Of a DNA stretch of 42,758 nt, positions 19,241 through 27,219 are shown piece by piece. This stretch comes from Pedobacter sp. UBA1951 (GTDB lineage: Bacteria; Bacteroidota; Bacteroidia; Sphingobacteriales; Sphingobacteriaceae), in the NCBI GenBank assembly GCA_002336465.1, contig DDEP01000082.1, forward strand, positions 1 through 42,758, written 5' to 3'. The translations under genes and the position numbers were made by a program. The notes beneath the pieces were generated by a model. The model worked only from the letters and a program-made list of their open reading frames with translations. It ran no database searches and was not told where the DNA came from. Every line of letters begins with the position of its first letter. The stretch's first letter is position 1.

Positions 19241-19243
19241 TAA

Positions 19244-19687
19244 TTAAAGTTTAATGGTTTTTGGTGATTGTGCCGCATGCGGATGTTCAGAACCAGCATA
19301 AACATAAAGGTTGGTATATAATTTTTTACCCAACTTAGTTTTAGGCAACATACCACGTACTGCTTTTTCTACGATACGAGTAGGATGCTTTGCCAACAAC
19401 TCTTTAGGAGAAATAAATCTTTGACCACCTGGATAACCTGTGTAAGAAATGTATTCTTTTTCCTCTAACTTGTTACCAGTTAATTTAACCTTGTCTGCAT
19501 TAATAACAATTACGTTATCTCCGCAGTCTACGTGTGGGGTGTACTCTGGCTTGTGTTTTCCTCTAATGATCATTGCGATTTTAGAAGACAAGCGCCCCAA
19601 AATCTCTCCTTCTGCATCAATAACAACCCACTGTTTGTTAACAGTTTTAGCATTCGCAGAGACAGTTTTGTAACTTAACGTATTCAC
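19244..19687 (-). CDS. rplM: 50S ribosomal protein L13
   Basis: GKHKPEYTPHVDCGD, AVRGMLPK, HPHAAQ; GTG start. Confidence 0.99.
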   Translation of the reverse strand: MNTLSYKTVSANAKTVNKQWVVIDAEGEILGRLSSKIAMIIRGKHKPEYTPHVDCGDNVIVINADKVKLTGNKLEEKEYISYTGYPGGQRFISPKELLAKHPTRIVEKAVRGMLPKTKLGKKLYTNLYVYAGSEHPHAAQSPKTIKL

Positions 19688-19741
19688 TTGCTTTTATTTA
19701 ATTTGTTAATAATTTTTTTAATCCCGCTTTTTACGGGACTG

Positions 19742-19771
19742 CAAAGATACGGCAATTAATTGAATTACAAA
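19742..19771 (-). promoter_or_regulatory. Promoter of the rplM operon (-33 TTTG, -7 TATCTTTG)
   Basis: TTTG at 19771-19768, 18-nt spacer, TATCTTTG at 19749-19742; followed by a small 5' hairpin GTCCCG/CGGGAT. Confidence 0.75.
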
Positions 19772-19982
19772 ACAGTTAAGCAAAAAATTTTTGATCAAAA
19801 CGCCTAATTAAAAGTTGCCAGGAGATGCTTGTTGAATATTTAAAACCTCCAAAAAAAGCTTGGAACTTCCTGAGAAAAATCAAACAAGCAGTAACGAGCA
19901 CAAAAAGATATAACGATATAGTTCATTTTTTTTATCATGAACAGAAAATTTTAGTTTAAAAAACAGAAATTAGCAACTGTTT

Positions 19983-21179
19983 ATGAATGTTTCGGATACA
20001 TTTATCTTGCAATTGAACATATCGGCAACAATCGTATTGCTAACGGTTGGATTTGTCTTGCTTTTCAAAAAAAACAACGTAAGAGCAAACATTTTCCTTG
20101 GCTTTTTGATGCTGTATCCTGTTATCAGCATTATAATTAATATTATTTTCATTATTTTCCATCAACACCAGCTTTTATTTCTCGCTCCTATGAACATAGG
20201 TGTAAACCTTACCTTTGGCCCGGTATTGTTGTCTTACCTATATTTTATACAGGGTAACCCTGAAAGAAAGACTGGCTTTAGTGTACTTCATTACATCCCG
20301 GCCTTGATTGTATTTATAAGTGGCGCCTATTATCTCTTTATACCCGAAGAGGAACAATCTTTTTTACTCGAACGCCTACTTAAAGGCGAAGAAGGTTATA
20401 TAAATCTGATCAATCACTTTCTGCTCATCCACATCTGTATCTACCTGTATATAGCATGGAAAAAGGTAAAGATATACGAAGAAATCTCGTTTGATATGAG
20501 CATACCCGAAACAGAAAATTCAGTAAAATGGCAAAAAGCCTTATTAGGCTGTATTATTCTAGTGAATATATTATTGTTATTGTCTTTCATATTGCCAATA
20601 TTGATAATAGGGAAAGCCCACATCTACTCAGACCTGATAGCTACACCTATTGCTGCCTTAGTCATGTATGTTTTTTTAATCTACAAAGGCTTGAGTTACC
20701 ATGTTATTTATAACCAAACAGAATATAAAGCTTTCGCCACAGCAGCTGAACCACTTAATCATTTCATCGAAGAACTGAAAAAGCAAAGTCAGATCAGTAA
20801 ACGACAAACCTTGTATGAAGAAGAATTTCTAACAGAAATCCATAACAAACTGGAAAACCTTTTTAATGAACAAGAGATATATACCAAACCTGGACTGAAA
20901 CTACATGATGTGGCGGTAATGTTAGAAATAAGCCCGGCCACACTATCCTTTACGATTAATAAGCACATGAAAACAACTTTTTTCGAGTTGATAAATACCT
21001 ATCGCGTAAAAAAGGCAAAACATTTGCTTATGGGAACAGACCACAGGCATTATAAAATAGAGTATATCGGTGAGCTTTCTGGCTTCAACTCAAGAGCTTC
21101 TTTCTTCTCCGTATTTAAAAAGCAAGTAGGTAAAACTCCTCAGTCTTATAGAGATAATTATCTGGAGAAAAGAGCTTAA
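19983..21179 (+). CDS. Membrane-embedded AraC-family transcriptional regulator
   Basis: About 7 N-terminal hydrophobic helices; C-terminal TFFELINTYRV, SGFNSRASFFSVFKKQVGKTP. Confidence 0.92.
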   Translation: MNVSDTFILQLNISATIVLLTVGFVLLFKKNNVRANIFLGFLMLYPVISIIINIIFIIFHQHQLLFLAPMNIGVNLTFGPVLLSYLYFIQGNPERKTGFSVLHYIPALIVFISGAYYLFIPEEEQSFLLERLLKGEEGYINLINHFLLIHICIYLYIAWKKVKIYEEISFDMSIPETENSVKWQKALLGCIILVNILLLLSFILPILIIGKAHIYSDLIATPIAALVMYVFLIYKGLSYHVIYNQTEYKAFATAAEPLNHFIEELKKQSQISKRQTLYEEEFLTEIHNKLENLFNEQEIYTKPGLKLHDVAVMLEISPATLSFTINKHMKTTFFELINTYRVKKAKHLLMGTDHRHYKIEYIGELSGFNSRASFFSVFKKQVGKTPQSYRDNYLEKRA

Positions 21180-21437
21180 CAAGCTACATTTCCATTCCCA
21201 TCTTTAAATAACAAACCTTTCTATTTCACAAATTACCCTGTCTAAACGTACAAAATAGTACAAACTTAGCAAGCTTAGACCATAGTGTTTAGTGATCAAT
21301 CTATCTTTTGGCGAATTTTGAGTTGTCGGATAGCTACCGAATTTCTATAAATCTAAACTACGTGTTTCAGATGTAGAAACACAGCGTTGCTATTACAACT
21401 TATTGAAATCGATGAAAACAAATTTATATTAAAGATC

Positions 21438-22490
21438 ATGAAAAATTTAATTGAAAAATTAACAACACGGATGTCGCCCTTAGTAAGAGGTTTTGGAACA
21501 AAGACAGTACTTATAGTTTTTATATTTGCGCTTATATCCTGCGGAAAAAACACCGACCCTAAATTGGATGAAGACCCTAAAAAAGAACCCGGAACCCCAT
21601 CTGGTAATGGAGGCGGCAATGAGTCTTCTGAGTTTTCGGTAGGTATCAGCAAGAATTTTTCTGCAGCGGCATCACTCAATTATAGCAATGTAAATGCTGT
21701 AGCCGACTTCTATGCAGGTGAGCATCCCGTTGCAATCTATGCTACCCCAGAAGGTAAGGGAAGTAACATTGGCAAGGGCAAGCTCGTCATCTCTCGTAGC
21801 GGCACAACATTCACGATGAAACTACTGAACGCAAGCGGCACCGTATTGGCAGAGAATAATGTAGATATTAACGCCAACGGTGGTGATACCTACAAGCAAT
21901 TCATTCGTACATCGGGTACTCCATCTAACACCACCATTACAACCTGGGCCAATACTACAGATTACAAACGCCAACAAATATTAATATACGCAGACGACAG
22001 CGGAGAGTTGTACGACGGCTTTACTTCCGTACAATTTTCAAACCAATACCGTTTTCGCAACAATGTAGAGCATTTTGGCACAAAACCACCTGCGGCTTTC
22101 GCTGCTCTGAAAGGTACTTGGGAAGGTCAGCACCTACAACCCCTTTGCTCACCCAACCCCGTAACGGTAACCATCGCCGACGACGGCTCAGTCAATTTTA
22201 AAGGGAAAGCCTCAATCACTTGTGCGGTTCAAGATGCAACCGTTAAATGGGATGGTCAAGACGACTTTGTAAGGCCCAATACCAAGGAATTTAACCAAAT
22301 AGAGGCAGGCAGTCAAATCGCCATAGATTATAGTCGTACAATTCGTGATAGCCAGAACAACAATAATAGAGGAGGAGCTCTGATTGTAGTACCTAAACTC
22401 AAAGACCCTACAAGCGTGATTGATGCTCAATACTATGCCAATCCAAGTTATGCAGGGCCGGTTATTGTGCGAAAACCAACAAAAAAATAA
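21438..22490 (+). CDS. Hypothetical lipoprotein
   Basis: ATG at 21438 preferred; LISC lipobox, then a Pro/Gly linker and beta-rich body. Confidence 0.75.
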   Translation: MKNLIEKLTTRMSPLVRGFGTKTVLIVFIFALISCGKNTDPKLDEDPKKEPGTPSGNGGGNESSEFSVGISKNFSAAASLNYSNVNAVADFYAGEHPVAIYATPEGKGSNIGKGKLVISRSGTTFTMKLLNASGTVLAENNVDINANGGDTYKQFIRTSGTPSNTTITTWANTTDYKRQQILIYADDSGELYDGFTSVQFSNQYRFRNNVEHFGTKPPAAFAALKGTWEGQHLQPLCSPNPVTVTIADDGSVNFKGKASITCAVQDATVKWDGQDDFVRPNTKEFNQIEAGSQIAIDYSRTIRDSQNNNNRGGALIVVPKLKDPTSVIDAQYYANPSYAGPVIVRKPTKK

Positions 22491-22500
22491 GGTGATCAAG

Positions 22501-22572
22501 GAGGAGTTGATGATTGCAGAGATGCTAATTCCTCCCCTCTTTTCTTTGAGGTTACAAATTGTGGCCTCAGAG
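22501..22572 (+). terminator. Tandem hairpins after the lipoprotein gene, probable terminator
   Basis: GAGGAGTT/AATTCCTC then a T-rich run; second 13-bp stem at 22544-22572 with three G-U pairs on the plus strand. Confidence 0.5.
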
Positions 22573-22599
22573 TTTCCAGCTCTCGCTCAGCTAACCGTA

Positions 22600-24705
22600 T
22601 CAGGAAATCTTATCGAAAGAAATTCCCTGATTTTTACGGTTGAGGTAATTTTTTAGCAGACTATTCTCTGGTTTCTCCAAGAGTTTATCTGCATTTAAAA
22701 TCTCTATTACCGTGTTTCTTGCTTCTTGCAATATAACTTGATCATGAGCTAGGTCTGCTACTTTCAATTCTATAGTACCACTTTGTTGGGTTCCACTAAT
22801 ATCGCCTGGGCCACGTAATTGCAAGTCAACTTCCGAAATCTCGAAGCCATTATTTGTTTTCACCATGGTTTCTAATCGCTGTTTCGAAGTAGGATTTAAT
22901 TTATTACCAGACATTAGAATACAAAACGATTGCTCGGCACCACGACCTACCCTGCCTCGCAATTGGTGCAACTGGGACAAGCCAAATCTTTCTGCGTTTT
23001 CAATCACCATTACAGACGCATTAGGCACATTAACACCAACCTCTATTACCGTGGTAGCCACCATAATTTGTGTCTTACCTTCAATAAACCGTTGCATTTC
23101 AAATTGCTTATCGGCATTGCTCATTTTACCATGTACAATACTAATCTGGTAATCAGGTTGTGAAAACTGATAGCTTAATTGCTCAATGCCCGCTTCTAAA
23201 TGCAGCAAATCCAGCTTTTCGCTTTCCTTAATTAAAGGATAAACTATATATACCTGTCGTCCTTTGGCTATTTCCTGTTTCATGAAGCCAAACATCCGCA
23301 AACGCTGACTCTCATAAAAATGTCGGGTATCAATAGGCTTTCTTCCCGCAGGTAACTCATCTATTACCGATACATCTAAGTCTCCATATAAAGTCATGGC
23401 TAGAGTACGCGGTATAGGCGTAGCTGTCATTACCAATATATGAGGAGGGATGCTGTTCTTTCTCCAAAGCTTTGCCCTTTGCTCAACTCCAAACCTGTGC
23501 TGCTCATCAATTACAACCAAGCCCAAGTTTTTAAACCGAACTTTGTCTTCAATCAAAGCATGTGTTCCGATTAAGATATCTATCTCGCCGTTTTCTAACT
23601 GTTGGTGTATCTGGGTGCGTTGCTTTTTAGTTGTGCTGCCGGTTAAAACGGCTACATTTACCAAGTCATCTTTAACTAAATCCACTACAGATTGATAATG
23701 CTGTCTGGCTAAAATTTCCGTAGGTGCCATCATGCAAGCCTGATAACCATTATCATTGGCTAGTAACATGCTCATCAATGCCACAACTGTTTTACCACTT
23801 CCTACGTCGCCCTGTACCAATCTATTCATTTGCGCACCTCTCTGTGTATCTATCCTGATTTCTTTAATTACCCTTTTTTGTGCATTGGTTAAATCGAAAG
23901 GTAGAATTTCATTATAAAACTTATTTACCTTTTCTCCCACATCGTTAAAAAGGGCGCCTTTAAATTTTAAACTATTGATCTGTTTGTTGTACAACAATTG
24001 CAACTGTATAAAGAAAAGCTCTTCAAACTTTAAACGTCTTTGCGCTTGCTGCAACATAGCTGCACTCACAGGGAAATGAATATGCCTATAAGCATCTTTA
24101 CGAGAAATGAGCCTGTATTTCTCCAACACATAAACTGGCAGGGCTTCCCTGATTTCATTTATATGCAGTTCTAAAATAAGCTGTATCAGTTTTTGTATCC
24201 CTTTACTATCTAAAAAGCTTTTTTTCAGCTTTTCGGTAGAATTATATATAGGTTGCAAGGTTAAATTTCCAGTAATACCTTGTTGTCTGGGGTAAGTTTC
24301 TAACTCTGGATGTGAGATACTGAATGTGTTGTTAAATAAGACAGGTTTGCCAAAAGCAATGTAAGCCCCTCCTTTTACAACATGTTCATCAACCCATTTC
24401 AGGCTTTGAAACCATACCAGTTCCATCACGCCTGTTTCATCAGCAAATTTGGCTACAATTCTTTTCTTCTGTTTATCGCCTATGGTTTCTTTACTGATGA
24501 TCTTGCCTGTTACCTGTACCAAAGGCAAATCGGGATTTAACTGATTAATTTTATAGAAACGGGTTCTATCTATATACCTGAAAGGAAAGTGTTCTAATAG
24601 TTGCGCATAAGTAGATACGCCGAGCTCTTTTTGTAACAGCTCGGCACGCTTAGGACCAACGCCTTTTAAATAAACCAAAAGTGTATCTAAATTATTAGCA
24701 AACAA
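22600..24705 (-). CDS. recG: ATP-dependent DNA helicase RecG
   Basis: QGDVGSGKT, APTEILARQH, DEQHRFGV, MTATPIPRTL, QLRGRVGRG, RGPGD; TTG start. Confidence 0.98.
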   Translation of the reverse strand: MFANNLDTLLVYLKGVGPKRAELLQKELGVSTYAQLLEHFPFRYIDRTRFYKINQLNPDLPLVQVTGKIISKETIGDKQKKRIVAKFADETGVMELVWFQSLKWVDEHVVKGGAYIAFGKPVLFNNTFSISHPELETYPRQQGITGNLTLQPIYNSTEKLKKSFLDSKGIQKLIQLILELHINEIREALPVYVLEKYRLISRKDAYRHIHFPVSAAMLQQAQRRLKFEELFFIQLQLLYNKQINSLKFKGALFNDVGEKVNKFYNEILPFDLTNAQKRVIKEIRIDTQRGAQMNRLVQGDVGSGKTVVALMSMLLANDNGYQACMMAPTEILARQHYQSVVDLVKDDLVNVAVLTGSTTKKQRTQIHQQLENGEIDILIGTHALIEDKVRFKNLGLVVIDEQHRFGVEQRAKLWRKNSIPPHILVMTATPIPRTLAMTLYGDLDVSVIDELPAGRKPIDTRHFYESQRLRMFGFMKQEIAKGRQVYIVYPLIKESEKLDLLHLEAGIEQLSYQFSQPDYQISIVHGKMSNADKQFEMQRFIEGKTQIMVATTVIEVGVNVPNASVMVIENAERFGLSQLHQLRGRVGRGAEQSFCILMSGNKLNPTSKQRLETMVKTNNGFEISEVDLQLRGPGDISGTQQSGTIELKVADLAHDQVILQEARNTVIEILNADKLLEKPENSLLKNYLNRKNQGISFDKIS

Positions 24706-24711
24706 TACTTC

Positions 24712-25617
24712 CTATTTTATTTTAAAAGTAAGGATATCTTTTATCAACTTCCAATTAAAGAGAAAAACGGCAAAAAGTAATAATAAATATGCCGTAATCT
24801 GATGGGCATCTATATGCTCATTAAAATATAAGATGGCTACAGCAAAAGCAATAATAGGGTTGATATAAATAATGATGCCCAATGTTGATGAAGGAATTCC
24901 TATCAAGGCAAACAAGCTTAAGAACAAAGGAATAATGGTAAAAACGACCGCGATGAGGAATATATTTAACCAAAAGCTTGTTTCTGCAGGCACTTGGGTA
25001 TGTTGGTAAAAAAACAAAGGAATCATTAGCAAAACAGCTATTGAAATCTGGAATGCCAAAACATTGAGCTTGTCTAGATTTTGCATTTTACGCTGTAAAA
25101 TGAGGTAAAATGCATAAAGTGCGGCAACAATAACAGACCATGTTACCTCTATAAACGAACCCGTGGCCAACATTAAAATACTGGTTGTTGCAATGGCCAA
25201 GGCTATAATCTGTAACCTTGAGAGGTGTTCTTTTAAAATCAGGTATCCACCAAAAGCGGTAATTAAAGGGCACACCATATAGGCAAATGCACCCGATTTG
25301 ATGCTGATGTTATTGATTGCATAAATAAAAGTGTACCAATTTGCCGTAAGCAATAAGGTTGAGCCGATAATCTGCGTAATCATAACTCGTTTGGTTTTAC
25401 GATCTACAGCTCTGAAATATGCAATATCTTTTTTAAGCTCTGCTTTACGGAACAAAAAAATAACCGTCCATATAACAAGCAGAGAAGCAAAAATGCGAAA
25501 ATATAAAATCTGATTAGCTGGATAAGCCCTTAGATTCCTTAACGGAATAGCAAAAAAGCCCCATATTGCTGTTGAACCAAACGCAGACAGCAAGTATTTT
25601 GATTTATTGTTGGTCAA
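24712..25617 (-). CDS. rarD: EamA/DMT family transporter, RarD-like
   Basis: About 10 TM helices, WG, ANWYTFIYAIN, YINP. Confidence 0.75.
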   Translation of the reverse strand: MTNNKSKYLLSAFGSTAIWGFFAIPLRNLRAYPANQILYFRIFASLLVIWTVIFLFRKAELKKDIAYFRAVDRKTKRVMITQIIGSTLLLTANWYTFIYAINNISIKSGAFAYMVCPLITAFGGYLILKEHLSRLQIIALAIATTSILMLATGSFIEVTWSVIVAALYAFYLILQRKMQNLDKLNVLAFQISIAVLLMIPLFFYQHTQVPAETSFWLNIFLIAVVFTIIPLFLSLFALIGIPSSTLGIIIYINPIIAFAVAILYFNEHIDAHQITAYLLLLFAVFLFNWKLIKDILTFKIK

Positions 25618-25619
25618 AC

Positions 25620-26000
25620 TTATCCTTTATGCGCAGTTACCGAAATCTCCACATTAACACCTTTTGGTAGGCCTTTTACGGCTACGGTTTCTCTTGCAGG
25701 GAAATCGCTTTTGAAATAAGAGCCGTAAACCTCATTAACTTCTGCAAACAAAGACATATCCGACAAGAATATGGTTGTCTTCACTACATCTGTTAACTGG
25801 TAACCTGCTTCTACCAATACAGCTTTTACATTACGCATTACCTGATGGGTTTCTTCTTTTATAGAACTTGTATTTAACTCGCCGTTTTCAGGGTTAATGG
25901 CAATCTGTCCCGAAGCAAATAAAAATCCGTTTGCAATTACTGCTTGGTTATACGGCCCAATAGGTGCTGGAGCATTGGTAGTGTTAATGACTTTTTTCAT
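25620..26000 (-). CDS. ridA: RidA family reactive imine deaminase
   Basis: APAPIGPYNQA, SGQI, VNEVY, PARETV, LPKGVNVEI. Confidence 0.93.
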   Translation of the reverse strand: MKKVINTTNAPAPIGPYNQAVIANGFLFASGQIAINPENGELNTSSIKEETHQVMRNVKAVLVEAGYQLTDVVKTTIFLSDMSLFAEVNEVYGSYFKSDFPARETVAVKGLPKGVNVEISVTAHKG

Positions 26001-26011
26001 CACGTTAATAA

Positions 26012-26125
26012 TTAAAAGAATATTTTGTAAAGAATACCTAATACAAACATGGTTATAGCAATAATATTAATCCAACGCATAACCTTTAGATTAAAGTTCG
26101 ACTCTTTCTGTTGTTTATTTTCCAT
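26012..26125 (-). CDS. 37-aa single-pass membrane protein, DUF6728-like; absent from the ORF track
   Basis: Hand translation: MENKQQKESNFNLKVMRWINIIAITMFVLGILYKIFF*. Exact -7 box 17 nt upstream; ends 11 nt before the ridA ATG. Confidence 0.75.
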   Translation of the reverse strand: MENKQQKESNFNLKVMRWINIIAITMFVLGILYKIFF

Positions 26126-26142
26126 GTTAAATTATGAATACA

Positions 26143-26150
26143 CAAAGCTA
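26143..26150 (-). promoter_or_regulatory. -7 box (TAGCTTTG) for the small ORF-ridA-rarD-recG unit
   Basis: Exact TAnnTTTG match. Confidence 0.65.
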
Positions 26151-26213
26151 ATAAAAGTTTAAGATTGATGCTCTTTTCTATGTAATACTTTACAATACAA
26201 CTTGTATAAACAC

Positions 26214-26244
26214 AAAAAATCTCGTCCAGTTTCCCGAACGAGAT
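26214..26244 (-). terminator. Intrinsic terminator after the porin-family gene
   Basis: Minus strand ATCTCGTTC...GGACGAGAT followed by a T tract. Confidence 0.75.
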
Positions 26245-26267
26245 AGTAAATTCTGAATGCTCAAATG

Positions 26268-26891
26268 TTAAAACTTGATACCTACTCCAGCTTGAAATAC
26301 CTGATTTTTAAATTCAGGTGTGGTTGTGGTTCCGTTCTCATTGTTTTTCTGGAAATCTAAGGCATAACGCCCAAAAATTCCAAATTGGCTGTTCACATCA
26401 AAACGGGCCCCTATTACCCCTCCCAATAAACTCTTTTTAAACCTGTCTGATTCGTCTTCAACAATTTTTTGCTCTGCTACCGCAAAGCCATTTTCAAATT
26501 TGTTATTGGTCGATAGCAAGAAAGAAACTTGAGGACCGGCTACTAAATTTAATCCCGAAGCCAATTGAATACTCGCTAAGATGGGCAGGTCTATAAAATG
26601 CGTGGTTTGTGTAAACTTACCAAAGGTTGATGTTAATTTATACCCTTTAGTTGAGTACAATAACTCTGGTGTAAGGGCCAAATTTGGCAATAGTTTAATA
26701 TCTAAGGTTACACCTGCATTATAGCCTACCAGATAATCTGATTTAAAATCATTATTCCCATCATCTTTTATGATATTGGAATAGTTAAGTCCGCCTTTAA
26801 CCCCTACTCTAATAAGTTTATCAGTAGATTGGGCTTGTACACCTGCGGCCATAAATAAGAAAGCGACTGCTGCAATTAATAACTTTTTCAT
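26268..26891 (-). CDS. Porin-family (OMP_b-brl_2/PorT-like) small beta-barrel protein
   Basis: Signal peptide MKKLLIAAVAF...VQA, GVKGGLNYS, PELLYSTKG, AGPQ, terminal Phe. Confidence 0.85.
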   Translation of the reverse strand: MKKLLIAAVAFLFMAAGVQAQSTDKLIRVGVKGGLNYSNIIKDDGNNDFKSDYLVGYNAGVTLDIKLLPNLALTPELLYSTKGYKLTSTFGKFTQTTHFIDLPILASIQLASGLNLVAGPQVSFLLSTNNKFENGFAVAEQKIVEDESDRFKKSLLGGVIGARFDVNSQFGIFGRYALDFQKNNENGTTTTPEFKNQVFQAGVGIKF

Positions 26892-27219
26892 TGTGTATAA
26901 ATTTTTGGTTCTACAATAATCTTGTAATAATAATGCCAATCCGATAAACCTTACGATTATTTATGGCTAATAAGCTTTATCAATCTTGTTAAAAAACAAC
27001 TATTTACGGTTATAGATCACAAATCAGAAAGCATGAACCGCCTCTATCTTTAGTGTCTATAAAAAAATACAACTCTTAATTTCTATTCTCAAAAAACATC
27101 GGTTTATGAAATTTTGTAAAATTTTAACCTCTTTTTTGATTTTATTGATATTTATTAATCGGTTGAAATAAAAATTTAGCATTTTTGAATTCATAACTCA
27201 CATATCATTTAACACCCTA

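Noticed and set aside
21387-21437. ORF-track TTG start for the lipoprotein
   Set aside because: It lies inside the predicted leader structure and makes the signal peptide implausibly long; ATG at 21438 fits better.
22420-22656. 78-aa ORF bridging the lipoprotein gene and recG
   Set aside because: Overlaps both genes and runs through the terminator-like hairpins; no motif.
27106-27171. 21-aa hydrophobic ORF (MKFCKILTSFLILLIFINRLK) upstream of the GH3 gene
   Set aside because: Hydrophobic codons are expected in T-rich promoter DNA, and I found no supporting promoter. Not called without conservation data.
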